From: Burkholderiales bacterium
GTDB taxonomy: Bacteria > Pseudomonadota > Gammaproteobacteria > Burkholderiales > SG8-39
Length of the DNA stretch: 64,000 nucleotides
Direction: 5' to 3'
Assembly: GCA_038904015.1 (NCBI GenBank)
Contig: JBCKKZ010000004.1
Coordinates: 153 to 64,152 of the forward strand
Shown: piece by piece, positions 39,225 through 50,234 of the stretch
Layout of the letters: each line of letters starts with the position of its first letter
How positions within the stretch are numbered: the stretch's first letter is position 1
Position numbers and translations under genes: made by a program
Notes under the pieces: model-generated
What the model was told of the DNA's origin: nothing
The model's database searches: none
The model's input: the letters and a program-made list of their open reading frames with translations, nothing else

Positions 39225-41105
39225 TTATGGTGTTTCCTGCCCTAGGGTTTCCCGCCAGGTGCAGGCCACGGTGCACTCGATCAGGTCGGGCGCATCGATT
39301 GCCAGCCGCACGCGTGTGCCGGGTTCCAGCTCCGGCAGCGACGGTACGCGCACCGCCAGCGGCAGGCGCTCGAAGCGCACCAGGTTTTCGCGCAGCACCA
39401 TGCCGTCGGCCTCGAGCATTTGTCCGTTCCGAGCCTGGCGTTCCTGCGCGAGCCAGCGCAGGCACCAGTAGTGCTCCATCGCGCGCTGATGCTCATCGTA
39501 GCCCGCGGTGGTCACCTCAAAGGCACGCAGCGCCGCAAGCAGCGACTCGCTGTTGCGCGCGAATGGCGGACGCTGGCCGCGCAGCGCGGCGACCAGCTGC
39601 CACTGGTTGATCAGGTCCACGTAGCGGCGCAGAGGGGAACTCATCCAGGAATACGAGGACACGCCGAGTCCTTCGTGCATTTCCGAATGCACGCTCAGCC
39701 GGACCTTGCCGGAAGACTGCACGCGGTAGATGCCGGCGATATCCTTTTCGGCGAGCTGCTCGCCCCAGCTGGTGTTGGCGAGGATCATGAGTTCCGAGAC
39801 CAGCTTGTCGAGCGGCGCGCCGCGCTTGCGCGCTTCGATCACGACGCGCCCGTCCTCGACCCGGAACAGGTAGTCGACGTTGGCGGCATTGACGCTCGGC
39901 TTGCCACGGCGCTTCTCGAGCGCCAGCGCCAGTTGCCACAACGTGTGCAGTTCCCCTTCGAAGGCAAGCCCGAGCCGGCCGGGATCGGCCCCGCCCGTTT
40001 CGAAGGCGGCGTTCAGCGCCTGGTGCGCGGCATGGCGCAGGTTGGCGGCCACCTTCACGCGTTCCAGTTTTGTATGCCGGCCCCGCAGCGCGAAATCCTT
40101 GGCCCCTACGTTCAGATAGAGCGATACCACCGGCCGCTCGTGGCCCTCGTCGAGCGACAGGAGCGCGACGGCATCGTCGGGCAGCATGGTGAACTTTCGT
40201 CCCGGCATGTAGGCGGTCGAGAGCCGCTCGCGGGCGATGGCATCGAGCGCCGAGCCGGGCGCGAACGCCAGGCCCGGCGCGGCGATATGGATGCCGATGC
40301 GCAGCTCGTCATCCGACACGCGCACCACCGAGAACGCGTCGTCGATCTCCGAGGTGCCGATGTCGTCCAGGCTGAAGACCGCGCAATCAGAGAGCGGCAG
40401 AGCGTCGGGCAGCACGGGCGCGTCGTGCGCCGGAAAGCCGGTCCCCTTCGGATAGAACTCGTGCACGAAACGCCCGAGGTGATACTCGTGGCTATCACCG
40501 AGCAGGCCGCAGCGCTCGAACAGGCGCGCCCTGCTGAGGCCGGTCTGGGCGCAAGCCTGCTCCAGCGCTTTGGTCTCCGGTTTGGCGCGGTCCGGCGCAT
40601 AGAGCAGCTCATCTCGCAGTCGCGCGATCTCGGGTGGGCATTCAAAGCCGGAGAGTTGCGCGGCCCACGTGGCGATCCTCTCCTGCAGGCGCTTTTTTTT
40701 CTCCACCCCGGCCAGCGCGAGCTTGAGCGTGTCCTCCGGTGCCGCCTGGAAGCGTCCACGCCCGCGGCGGTAGAAATACATCGGCGCCGAGTGCAGCTTG
40801 AGCAGCACCCCGGCGCTCTCCACGGCCGCCGGATCGCGGCCGACGTAGTCGCGCGCCAGGTCCTGGAAGCCGAACTCGGCCCCCTTGCGGCATTGCCAGA
40901 GGAAATCCGTGTCCAAGCCGTCGGCGAACTTGCGCGCCTCGGCGAGCAGTTCCCCGGCCGAGGGCTGCTCGAAACTGAAAACCACGTTGGCGGCTTTGAT
41001 CTTGGAGCGGCGCCCATGCGGGCTCTCAATCTGATAGGAGGCGGGGCTTTGCGACAGCACGGCGCCTGCCTTGTACTCGCCCTCCTCCTCGTACAGAACG
41101 TTCAT
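39225..41105 (-). CDS. RNB-domain ribonuclease (RNase II-like)
   Basis: SLDD..TSEIDDAFS, SPLRRYVDL. Confidence 0.9.
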   Translation of the reverse strand: MNVLYEEEGEYKAGAVLSQSPASYQIESPHGRRSKIKAANVVFSFEQPSAGELLAEARKFADGLDTDFLWQCRKGAEFGFQDLARDYVGRDPAAVESAGVLLKLHSAPMYFYRRGRGRFQAAPEDTLKLALAGVEKKKRLQERIATWAAQLSGFECPPEIARLRDELLYAPDRAKPETKALEQACAQTGLSRARLFERCGLLGDSHEYHLGRFVHEFYPKGTGFPAHDAPVLPDALPLSDCAVFSLDDIGTSEIDDAFSVVRVSDDELRIGIHIAAPGLAFAPGSALDAIARERLSTAYMPGRKFTMLPDDAVALLSLDEGHERPVVSLYLNVGAKDFALRGRHTKLERVKVAANLRHAAHQALNAAFETGGADPGRLGLAFEGELHTLWQLALALEKRRGKPSVNAANVDYLFRVEDGRVVIEARKRGAPLDKLVSELMILANTSWGEQLAEKDIAGIYRVQSSGKVRLSVHSEMHEGLGVSSYSWMSSPLRRYVDLINQWQLVAALRGQRPPFARNSESLLAALRAFEVTTAGYDEHQRAMEHYWCLRWLAQERQARNGQMLEADGMVLRENLVRFERLPLAVRVPSLPELEPGTRVRLAIDAPDLIECTVACTWRETLGQETP

Positions 41106-41677
41106 GCGCGCGTGCCTATCCCGGCAAACGCCAGGATGCGCCCGATGTGCTCGGGAAAACTCCGCAGCGAGTGGTCGCCGCCGTCGCGTATCACCGTGCG
41201 CGCGCCCTCGTATTTGCGTGCCGCTTTGCGCCAGTCGAGCACTTCGTCGCCGGTTTCCAGCAGCAGCAGGTACCTCTCCGGGTCGATGCGCTCGGCCGCC
41301 AGAGCACGCCAGCCCTCGAGATGCGCGCGTGTGAGTTCGTAGGGTTCTCCGGTATGCAGGTTTTTTTGCGTCCCGAGATAGGCCTCGAGCCCGATGTGCG
41401 GCGTGATAGCCGGGTTGATCAGCACCGCGTGGCAGCCGAGTTTCTCCGCGAGGTAGGTCGCGTAATAGCCGCCCAGCGAACTGCCAATGAAAGTGAGCTC
41501 GCGCGGATCGTGCCCCTCGATCGCCTGCTCGATGGCGCGTATCGCCTCCGCGGGCGTGTCGGGCAGCGCGGGACAGGCATAGAGCTGCGCCAGTCCCCTG
41601 CCCTCCATGTGCTGTTGCATCACCTGCGCCTTGTGTGATGCGGGCGAGCTGTTGAATCCGTGCAGGTAGACGATCAT
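41102..41677 (-). CDS. yqiA: YqiA-family esterase
   Basis: YLHGFNSS, GSSLGG, GGDH. Confidence 0.9.
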   Translation of the reverse strand: MIVYLHGFNSSPASHKAQVMQQHMEGRGLAQLYACPALPDTPAEAIRAIEQAIEGHDPRELTFIGSSLGGYYATYLAEKLGCHAVLINPAITPHIGLEAYLGTQKNLHTGEPYELTRAHLEGWRALAAERIDPERYLLLLETGDEVLDWRKAARKYEGARTVIRDGGDHSLRSFPEHIGRILAFAGIGTRA

Positions 41678-43029
41678 TTTTCCGGCGCTCCCAGCGCCGC
41701 CAGCAACTTTTCGTGAATGCCGCCAAATCCTCCGTTCGACATCACCAGAACCTGGTCTCCGTCCCGGGCTTCGGCAGCGATCGCGACGACCAGCGTCTCC
41801 AGGTTCGACTCGCAATGGGCGCGCGAACCCAGCGGCGCGAACACCGATCCGGCATCCCACGAAAGGCCGCCGCTGTAAATGTAGACCTGGTCGGCCGCTT
41901 CGAAGCTCCCGGGCAGTGCTTCCTTCATGACGCCCTTCCTGAGGGTGTTCGAGCGCGGCTCGAACACGGCAAGGATGCGTCCGCTGCGCGCGCTCTGCCG
42001 CAGGCCGGCGATGGTTTCCCGTATCGCGGTGGGATGGTGCGCGAAGTCGTCGTACACGCGGATCCCTCGAACCGTTGCGCGCAGCTCAAGCCGGCGGCGC
42101 ACCCCCTGGAACCGGGACAGCGCCCGGATAGCTGCGTCCGGTTCCACTCCGGCATGGCGCGCCGCGGCGATTGCGGCGAGCGCGTTCATCCGGTTGTAAG
42201 CGCCCGCCAACCCCCAGCGCAGCCTGCCGACCGGCGTGCCTTGCCAAGCAACCTCGAATCCGCCCTGCTCATCCGGCTCGCCCGCTTCCCAGCCCGCGGC
42301 TACGCCGAAGCATTCCACCGCAGTCCAACAACCCTGCGCCAGGACACGCTTCAGGGCCGGGTCCTGCCCATTGACGACGATCAGGCCGGTTCCTGGGATT
42401 GTCCTGACGAAATGATGAAATTGGCGCTCGATCGCTGCAAGATCGCCGAAGATGTCCGCATGATCGAACTCAAGATTGTTCAGAATCGCGGTTTTCGGCC
42501 GGTAATGCACAAACTTGGAGCGTTTATCAAAGAAGGCCGTGTCGTACTCATCCGCCTCGACGACGAAGTACCCGGACGCACTGGACCGGGCCGAGACCTT
42601 CAGGTCCGGGGCTATCCCACCAATAAGGAAACCGGGGTCCTTGCCTGCGCACATCAGGATCCAGGCGAGCATTGATGAAGTGGTTGTCTTTCCATGGGTT
42701 CCAGCGACAGCCAGTACCCACTTACCAGTCAATATATGCTCGGCAAGCCACTGCGGACCAGATACATACCGGTCGCCGCGGTCCAGGATCGCTTCCATCA
42801 AAGGGTTGCCGCGCGTCACGACATTGCCGACCACCCAGAGGTCGGGCGCAAGGCGCAATTGATCCGCGCCATAGCCTTCGATCAATTCGATGCCGAGCGC
42901 GCTCAACTGGTCGCTCATCGGCGCATAGACATTGGCGTCGCAGCCGGTAACGCGGCATCCCGCCTGTTGCGCGATAGCCGCGATGCCGCCCATGAAGGTG
43001 CCGCAGACGCCGAGGATGTGGAGATGCAC
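41674..43029 (-). CDS. mpl: Murein peptide ligase
   Basis: HILGVCGTFMGG, GTHGKTT, EADEYD, DDFAHHP. Confidence 0.95.
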   Translation of the reverse strand: MHLHILGVCGTFMGGIAAIAQQAGCRVTGCDANVYAPMSDQLSALGIELIEGYGADQLRLAPDLWVVGNVVTRGNPLMEAILDRGDRYVSGPQWLAEHILTGKWVLAVAGTHGKTTTSSMLAWILMCAGKDPGFLIGGIAPDLKVSARSSASGYFVVEADEYDTAFFDKRSKFVHYRPKTAILNNLEFDHADIFGDLAAIERQFHHFVRTIPGTGLIVVNGQDPALKRVLAQGCWTAVECFGVAAGWEAGEPDEQGGFEVAWQGTPVGRLRWGLAGAYNRMNALAAIAAARHAGVEPDAAIRALSRFQGVRRRLELRATVRGIRVYDDFAHHPTAIRETIAGLRQSARSGRILAVFEPRSNTLRKGVMKEALPGSFEAADQVYIYSGGLSWDAGSVFAPLGSRAHCESNLETLVVAIAAEARDGDQVLVMSNGGFGGIHEKLLAALGAPEK

Positions 43030-43093
43030 TGCGCATGCTGCCGGACGGTGGAAGGCGGCGATTGTACGCGAGCGCTGCGCTATCATCGCCGCG

Positions 43094-43732
43094 ATGAGTC
43101 GCAACAGCGCGCGGCAAAACGGTATGCGGGCGCGCATCGCGGCCGCAGCGGCCCGCCTCATGGCCGAGGACGGCATCAACGACTTCGCGCTCGCCAAACG
43201 CAAGGCCGCGCGCGTGCTGGGCGCCGCCAATGCGGAGGCCCTTCCAGGCAACGACGAAATCGAGGCCGAACTGCGTGCCTACCTCGCGCTGTACCAGACC
43301 GATGAACATCCGCAGCGCGTCGCCGAGTTGCGCGAACTCGCGCTCCAGGCGATGCGCGCGCTGGAGCATTTCAATCCCTACCTGACCGGACCGGTGCTCG
43401 CGGGCACCGCGGGGCCGTACGCCGAGATCGAGCTGCAGCTGTTCCCGGAAAGCACCAAGGAGATCGAGCTGTTTCTTATCAACCGCAATCTCCCCTACGA
43501 AGCCAGTGACGAGCGGCGCTATAGCGGCGATCGCGCGCGCGCCGTGGCTGTGATTTCACTCGACTGGCAGGGCGTGCCGCTGCGCTTGTCGGTGTTCGAT
43601 CCGCGCGACGAGCGCTCGGCGCTGAAAACCACGCCGACCGGCCGCGTGACGGTGCGCGCCGGGATCGCCGCAGTGCGCACCTTGGTCCAGACCGGGCCCG
43701 ATGCAGAGGCGGATGAAACCCGGCCGGCGTGA
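43094..43732 (+). CDS. Conserved hypothetical protein with a degenerate nucleotidyltransferase-like motif
   Basis: IAAAAARLMAEDG..D...AKRKAA; LTGPVL.GTA....EIELQLF. Confidence 0.65.
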   Translation: MSRNSARQNGMRARIAAAAARLMAEDGINDFALAKRKAARVLGAANAEALPGNDEIEAELRAYLALYQTDEHPQRVAELRELALQAMRALEHFNPYLTGPVLAGTAGPYAEIELQLFPESTKEIELFLINRNLPYEASDERRYSGDRARAVAVISLDWQGVPLRLSVFDPRDERSALKTTPTGRVTVRAGIAAVRTLVQTGPDAEADETRPA

Positions 43733-44270
43733 AGCGCTGATCCTTGGTGCGGCCGGCATTGCGGCGGCCACGGCTGGCTTTCTGCTGGGGCCGGTCCTGC
43801 TGAAATCGACAGGGAGCGGCGCAATGGGCGAGGGCGCAGCCACCGCAAGGGCTGCGCTGCGTGCGGCGAACCTGGTTGATCTCGCCGGCCGGCCCCGCAG
43901 GCTGAGCGAGTGGCTCGACCGGATCCTGGTCTGCAATTTTTGGGCAACTTGGTGCGCCCCCTGTCGCGAAGAAATTCCCCTATTGATGGCTGCACGACAG
44001 AAATACGCGCCAAGGGGAGTTGAAATTGTCGGCATCGCCATCGATAATGAGTCTAAAGTACGTGAATTTACGTTATTATTCAACATCTCCTATCCTATTC
44101 TCCTTGCCGAGGCCGATGGGCTTGATCTGATGCGCCAGCTCGGCAACGGCTCTGGCGGACTGCCCTATACTGTCGTTGCTGACCGGCAAGGAAACTTGGT
44201 CCATCGCAAGCTGGGTGCGTTCAAGGGCACGGATCTGGATTCGATCCTCGGGCCGCTGGCGCAGGGATGA
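43713..44270 (+). CDS. TlpA-family thiol:disulfide oxidoreductase
   Basis: [10 protein letters not shown]. Confidence 0.9.
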   Translation: MKPGRREALILGAAGIAAATAGFLLGPVLLKSTGSGAMGEGAATARAALRAANLVDLAGRPRRLSEWLDRILVCNFWATWCAPCREEIPLLMAARQKYAPRGVEIVGIAIDNESKVREFTLLFNISYPILLAEADGLDLMRQLGNGSGGLPYTVVADRQGNLVHRKLGAFKGTDLDSILGPLAQG

Positions 44271-44320
44271 TCGGGCGGGGCAGGGAAGTAGCGGGTATCG
44301 CCCGCCGGGGGGACCAAACG

Positions 44321-44776
<456 letters not shown>

Positions 44777-44779
44777 CGG

Positions 44780-46138
44780 GTGTTCGAGAAGATCCTGATC
44801 GCCAACCGCGGCGAGATCGCGCTGCGCATCCAGCGCGCCTGCCGCGAGCTCGGCATCCGTACCGTGATGGTGCATTCCGAGGCCGACACCGAGGCGAAGT
44901 ACGTCAAGCTCGCCGACGAGTCCGTCTGCATTGGCCCGGCGCCCGCCGCCGCGAGCTATCTCAACATCCCGGCGATCATCAGCGCCGCGGAAGTCTCCGA
45001 CGCCGAGGCGATCCACCCGGGCTACGGCTTCCTGTCCGAGAACGCCGACTTCGCCGAGAAGGTGGAAGCGAGCGGCTTCGTGTTCATCGGCCCGCGTCCG
45101 GAGAGCATCCGCCTGATGGGCGACAAGGTCAGCGCCAAACAGGCGATGATCAAGGCGGGCGTACCGGTGGTGCCTGGCTCGGAGGGCGCGCTGCCGGAGC
45201 AGGGCGCCGAGATCGTGAAGATCGCGCGCAAAGTCGGCTACCCGGTGATCATCAAGGCTTCGGGCGGCGGCGGCGGGCGCGGCATGCGCGTGGTGCACAC
45301 CGAGGCGGCGCTGCTAAACGCGGTCAACATGACGCGCAGCGAAGCGCAGGCCGCGTTCGGCAATCCGACGGTGTACATGGAGAAATTCCTCGAGAACCCG
45401 CGCCACATCGAGATCCAGGTGCTGGCCGACGAGCACAAGAACGCGGTGTTCCTGGGTGAGCGCGACTGCTCGATGCAGCGGCGCCACCAGAAGATCATCG
45501 AGGAAGCGCCCGCGCCCGATCTGACCGCGAAGCAACGTGAACGGATCGGCGAGCGCTGTGCCGAGGCCTGCCGCAAGATCGGCTACCGCGGCGCCGGCAC
45601 CTTCGAATTCCTGTATGAGAACGGCGAGTTCTATTTCATCGAAATGAACACGCGCCTGCAGGTGGAGCACCCGGTGACGGAGATGATCACCGGTCTGGAC
45701 CTGGTGCAGCTGCAAATCCGCATCGCCGACGGCGAGAAACTGCCGTTCCGCCAGCGCGACATCGAACTGCGCGGCCACGCGATCGAATGCCGCATCAACG
45801 CCGAGGACCCGCGCCGCTTCACGCCTTCGCCCGGGAAAATCACCTCCTACCACCCGCCGGGCGGGCCGGGCATCCGGGTGGACACGCATGTCTATGCCGG
45901 CTATACCGTGCCGCCGAACTACGATTCGATGATCGGCAAGGTGATCGCCTACGGCGCCACCCGCGAGCAGGCGATCCGTCGCATGCGCATCGCGCTCTCC
46001 GAGATGGTGGTGGAGGGCATCCAGACCAACATCCCGTTACACCTGGAACTGCTGCACGACCTGCGCTTCATGCGCGGCGGCACCTCGATCCACTACCTCG
46101 AGCAGAAGCTCGCCGAGGAGACGAAGAAGAAGAAATAG
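44780..46138 (+). CDS. accC: Biotin carboxylase
   Basis: [23 protein letters not shown]. Confidence 0.97.
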   Translation: MFEKILIANRGEIALRIQRACRELGIRTVMVHSEADTEAKYVKLADESVCIGPAPAAASYLNIPAIISAAEVSDAEAIHPGYGFLSENADFAEKVEASGFVFIGPRPESIRLMGDKVSAKQAMIKAGVPVVPGSEGALPEQGAEIVKIARKVGYPVIIKASGGGGGRGMRVVHTEAALLNAVNMTRSEAQAAFGNPTVYMEKFLENPRHIEIQVLADEHKNAVFLGERDCSMQRRHQKIIEEAPAPDLTAKQRERIGERCAEACRKIGYRGAGTFEFLYENGEFYFIEMNTRLQVEHPVTEMITGLDLVQLQIRIADGEKLPFRQRDIELRGHAIECRINAEDPRRFTPSPGKITSYHPPGGPGIRVDTHVYAGYTVPPNYDSMIGKVIAYGATREQAIRRMRIALSEMVVEGIQTNIPLHLELLHDLRFMRGGTSIHYLEQKLAEETKKKK

Positions 46139-46142
46139 CCCG

Positions 46143-46884
46143 GTGGCCTGGCTCGCGATCACGCTCGATCTGGACGCGGCGCAGGCCGAAGCGCTATCCG
46201 AGGCAATGCTGGAGGTGGGTGCCGAATCCGTTTCTCTCGAATTCACTTCGAACGACGCTGCCACGCTGGAACTCGGCGCACGCATGCGTGTCGTCGCGCT
46301 TGCCACCACGGCCGCCGATCCTGCTGCGCTCGTCACCGCCGCCGCCGCGATCGCCGCGATTGCACCGCCCGCATTTTCGGTGGCGCCGGTCGAGGAGGAG
46401 GATTGGGTGCGGCGCTCGCAGTCCCAGTTCGCCCCGATCCGCATCGCCGAGCGCCTGTGGATCGTGCCGAACTGGCATTCGCCGCCGGACCCGACGGCGG
46501 TCGTGGTTCGGCTCGATCCGGGGCTGGCCTTCGGCACCGGAGGCCACGTCAGCACCCGGCTGGTCCTGGCGCATCTTGCAAGAAATGTACAGCGCGGGGA
46601 GCGCGTGCTGGACTACGGATGCGGCTCAGGTATATTGGCCATCGGCGCCGGAGTCTCTTCCCCCTGGAACCTTCGACTTGGTCCTAGCCAACATCCTCGC
46701 CGGTCCGCTCATTGCCCTGGAGCCACTGCTCGCCGCGCGCACCCGGCAGGGCGGGCATGTCGTGCTCTCGGGGATTCTCGAATCGCAGGCAGCCGAAGTC
46801 GCCGCCGCTTATGCGCAGGATTTCGACGCCGGCCTCATCGCGGTGGACGAAGGGTGGGCGCTGGTGGGGGGAGCGCGTAAGTGA
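46143..46884 (+). pseudogene. prmA: Ribosomal protein L11 methyltransferase, frameshifted by an internal deletion
   Basis: DPGLAFGTG and DYGCGSGILAI in one frame; FDLVLANILA..LSGIL in another frame; the intervening segment is missing. Confidence 0.85.
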
Positions 46885-47651
46885 TCCTCACGACGCGCTG
46901 TTCGAATTGCGGCACGGCATTTCGCGTACAACCCGTCCAGCTCTCGGCGCGCGGCGGCAAGGTGCGCTGCGGCAAATGCGGCCACATATTCGACGGTGTG
47001 GCGGCATTGGTTGCCGAAGGCCAGCAAGCTCAGCAGGTCGCTGCCGCCGAATCCGAGCCCTCGCCGCAGCTCGCGCTGTTCGCGGCCTCGCGCAAGAGCC
47101 CCATCGCGGGCGCGGCGGCGAACGAAGACGTGCCGGTCGCGGATTTCCTGGACGAGGCGCCGCCGCCCAGGCGTCCTGTGGCATCCGCATTCGGCGTCGC
47201 GCTGGCGCTCGTCGTGCTCGCGGCCCAGGCAGTGCATTATTTTCGCACCGAGATCGCGGTGCTGATTCCCGAGACGCGCCCTTACCTTGTCGCGGCCTGC
47301 GCCACGTTAAAGTGCGAACTGAAACTGCCACGCCGGCCCAAGCTGATGGCGATCGAATCTTCGGACCTGCAGGCCGACGGCCGGCGCGACAATGTGATCG
47401 TGCTTAACGCGGTGCTACGCAATCAGGCGCAGTTCTCGCAGGAGTATCCGGCGCTCGAACTCACGCTTACTGATGAGCGCGACGAGGCGTTGGCGCGACG
47501 CGTGCTCATGCCGGCGGAGTATCTCACCGGCTTCCCCGCGGATCAGATCGTGCGGGGCATAGGCGCGGGCGCCGACGCGGCGCTGCGCGTATATTTTGAC
47601 ACCGGCGGCCTGCGCGCCGTCGGCTACCGCATGTATCTCTTCTTTCCATGA
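46881..47651 (+). CDS. Zinc-ribbon and DUF3426 protein
   Basis: CSNC...VRCGKC, TM helix, YPALELTLTD; follows prmA. Confidence 0.85.
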   Translation: MILTTRCSNCGTAFRVQPVQLSARGGKVRCGKCGHIFDGVAALVAEGQQAQQVAAAESEPSPQLALFAASRKSPIAGAAANEDVPVADFLDEAPPPRRPVASAFGVALALVVLAAQAVHYFRTEIAVLIPETRPYLVAACATLKCELKLPRRPKLMAIESSDLQADGRRDNVIVLNAVLRNQAQFSQEYPALELTLTDERDEALARRVLMPAEYLTGFPADQIVRGIGAGADAALRVYFDTGGLRAVGYRMYLFFP

Positions 47652-47684
47652 CGAGGGAGTGCCGCACTTGAGGGAGAAACGCTC

Positions 47685-48620
47685 TTGACGACGCTGGTTA
47701 CCGGCTCGATGGCATACGACACGATCCTGGTGTTCCCGGACCGTTTCCGCAACCACCTGCTCGCCGATCAGCTGCACATCCTGAACGTGTGCTTTCTCAC
47801 GCCGGAGATGCGGCGCGAATACGGCGGCACCGCCGGCAACATCGCCTACAACCTGAAGCTGCTGGGAGATGATCCGCTCCTGATGGCCACCGTGGGCGAT
47901 GACATCGCGCCCTATCTGGAACGTCTCAAGCGCCTGGGCATAAGCGCCGGATTGCTGAAATGCATCTCCGGACAATTCACGGCGCAGGCGTTCATCACCA
48001 CCGATCTGGACAACAACCAGATCATCGCCTTTCATCCCGGTGCGATGAACCACTCGCACGAGAACCGGATCGGCGTGGAGCTTGGCGCGACACTGGCGAT
48101 CGTCGGGCCGGACGGCAAGGAAGGCATGGTGCAGCACTCGCGCCAGTGCGCCGCGCACGGCATTCCAATGGTATTCGACCCGGGGCAGGGCATGCCGATG
48201 TTCTCCGGCGACGAATTGATGGAAATGGTGAAGCTCGCCTCGTACCTCGCGGTCAACGACTACGAGGGCAAGATGCTGGAGAAGAAGACCGGCAGGAAGC
48301 TCGAAGAACTCGCGCACGAGCTGAAGGCTCTGGTGCTGACGCTGGGCGGGCAGGGCTCGGTGATATTCGCCGGCGGCGAGCGCTACGAGATCGCCTGCGT
48401 GGCGGCCGATAGCGTGCTCGATCCCACCGGCTGCGGCGACGCCTACCGCGCGGGATTGCTCTACGGCATTGCGCACGGCTGGGACTGGCCGAGCACGGGG
48501 CGGCTGGCCTCGGTCATGGGCTCGATCAAAATCGCGCACCGCGGCGCACAAAACCACACGCCCTCGCGCGACGAGATTTCGGCGCGCTACAAAAAGGCTT
48601 TTGGTTCTTCGCCTCTTTAA
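47685..48620 (+). CDS. PfkB-family kinase (adenosine kinase-like)
   Basis: GGTAGNIAY, DPTGCGDAY. Confidence 0.88.
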   Translation: MTTLVTGSMAYDTILVFPDRFRNHLLADQLHILNVCFLTPEMRREYGGTAGNIAYNLKLLGDDPLLMATVGDDIAPYLERLKRLGISAGLLKCISGQFTAQAFITTDLDNNQIIAFHPGAMNHSHENRIGVELGATLAIVGPDGKEGMVQHSRQCAAHGIPMVFDPGQGMPMFSGDELMEMVKLASYLAVNDYEGKMLEKKTGRKLEELAHELKALVLTLGGQGSVIFAGGERYEIACVAADSVLDPTGCGDAYRAGLLYGIAHGWDWPSTGRLASVMGSIKIAHRGAQNHTPSRDEISARYKKAFGSSPL

Positions 48621-49030
48621 CCGATTTGCTTGCGGATTTTTTCTGCGTAGCCTTCCAGCGCTTCGCGCGGCGGATTTTTCACCGGCCAGACAAGTTCCAT
48701 GCCGTCGCCTTCATGTCTCGGCAAGAGGTGCACGTGGTAATGAAATACCGTTTGCCCCGCCGCCTTGCCGTTCGCCTGGTACACCGACAAGCCCTCGGGC
48801 TTGAACGCGTTCTGAATTGCCTTTGAAACCCTGACGCAAGCGCGCGCGACCGCCGCCGCTTGCATTTCGTCGAGCTCGTACAGATTTGGGGCATGCTTCT
48901 TCACCGCAACGAGCACGTGGCCCGGATTGACCTGACCGAGGTCCATGAAGGCGAGCGTGTGCTCGTCCTCGAACACCCGCGTCGACGGAATCTGCCCGGC
49001 CACGATTTTGCAGAATACGCAGTCGCTCAT
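48617..49030 (-). CDS. HIT-family hydrolase
   Basis: CVFCKI, GQTVFHYHVH. Confidence 0.92.
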   Translation of the reverse strand: MSDCVFCKIVAGQIPSTRVFEDEHTLAFMDLGQVNPGHVLVAVKKHAPNLYELDEMQAAAVARACVRVSKAIQNAFKPEGLSVYQANGKAAGQTVFHYHVHLLPRHEGDGMELVWPVKNPPREALEGYAEKIRKQIG

Positions 49031-49047
49031 CGTTTGTTCCTCGTTTT

Positions 49048-49857
49048 TCAATCGTTCACCGGTTGATAGCCAGGGCAGGGTAGCTGCACCAGCCATCGGT
49101 CTTCCAGCCGTAACGCCGTAAGCGATCCGCCCCACACACAACCGGTATCGAGGGCGGCAATCCGCTCGCCCAGCTTCAGGCCCTGCGTCGACCAGTGCCC
49201 GCATGCGATCGCCTGTTCAGCGCCGGCTCTGGTCTCGTACCACGGTACATAGCCGGTCGGCGGCGTCACTGCGTCCGAGAGAAACTCCATCACACCCTCC
49301 GCCGTGCAATAGCGCATACGCGTCATCGCGTTCACGATTACACGCAGCCGGTCCCAGCCGGCGAGCGCATCGTCCCAACGCGAGGGCTTGCTGCCGTACA
49401 TGGCGGCGAGAAAGTCGCGGTAGCCAGGCGCCCGCAGTGCCGTTTCCACTTCGTTTCCCAGTTTCAAAGAAAACTGAATGGTCCACTGCGGCAAGAGGCC
49501 AGCGTGAACCATCGCCCAGTTCCCCTCGGCATGCATCATCGGCCGCGCGCGCAGCCAGTCGATCAGCTCTTTCGCATCTGCGGCGCGTAGCACGTCATCG
49601 AAGGTATCGTCCTTGCGCTTTCTCTCGAACCCTTCGAACTGGGTAATCAGGTGCAGATCGTGATTGCCGAGCACCACCACCGCCCGCTCGCCGAGTTCCT
49701 TCACGAACCGCAGCACCTCGAGCGACTTTGGGCCGCGGTTGACCAGATCACCCACGAACCACAATCGGTCGCGCGCGCGATCGAACCCAATACGATCGAG
49801 CAATGCCTGCAGCTCGTCGTAGCAGCCCTGGACATCCCCGATCGCGTAGGTGGCCAT
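49048..49857 (-). CDS. apaH: Symmetrical bis(5'-nucleosyl)-tetraphosphatase
   Basis: IGDVQGC, GDLVNRG, GNHD, LDTGCVWG. Confidence 0.95.
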   Translation of the reverse strand: MATYAIGDVQGCYDELQALLDRIGFDRARDRLWFVGDLVNRGPKSLEVLRFVKELGERAVVVLGNHDLHLITQFEGFERKRKDDTFDDVLRAADAKELIDWLRARPMMHAEGNWAMVHAGLLPQWTIQFSLKLGNEVETALRAPGYRDFLAAMYGSKPSRWDDALAGWDRLRVIVNAMTRMRYCTAEGVMEFLSDAVTPPTGYVPWYETRAGAEQAIACGHWSTQGLKLGERIAALDTGCVWGGSLTALRLEDRWLVQLPCPGYQPVND

Positions 49858-49875
49858 GGAAGATGGGGTCAGAAG

Positions 49876-50178
49876 CTACGCACGAATCGTTTTCCTAAAT
49901 GAGATGTGCAATTCCTGGCCAGTAGCGGCGGCGGCTCGAACTACCGAATCCAGTTGGACCGCCGTATAGCCGGGGTCGAGAACACGGTCCAGCTGCGAAC
50001 GGCTGGTACGCATGCGCTTGGCCATCGCCTGTTTCGACAGACCTGAGCGCAACATTCCGTCCTCGATCGCTTCCGCGACGGCCCGCTTGACAGCCGCGGC
50101 TTGAACTTCCTCGTACATCCCCTGCGCTTTCAGAAAGCGGTCGAAACTGCTGCCTCGATGCTTGTTCCTATTCCCCAT
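49876..50178 (-). CDS. XRE-type HTH protein, antitoxin-like
   Basis: HRGSSFDRFL...MAKRMRTSRSQLDRVLDP. Confidence 0.75.
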   Translation of the reverse strand: MGNRNKHRGSSFDRFLKAQGMYEEVQAAAVKRAVAEAIEDGMLRSGLSKQAMAKRMRTSRSQLDRVLDPGYTAVQLDSVVRAAAATGQELHISFRKTIRA

Positions 50179-50234
50179 GGCGCCGTTCCTTCTTCCGGCG
50201 TAATGTACCTCATAAGGTACAGCCGGCGCCAGTG

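Noticed and set aside
46143..46884. Programmed frameshift in prmA
   Set aside because: There is no slippery sequence, and conserved residues are missing, so a frameshift would not restore the protein.
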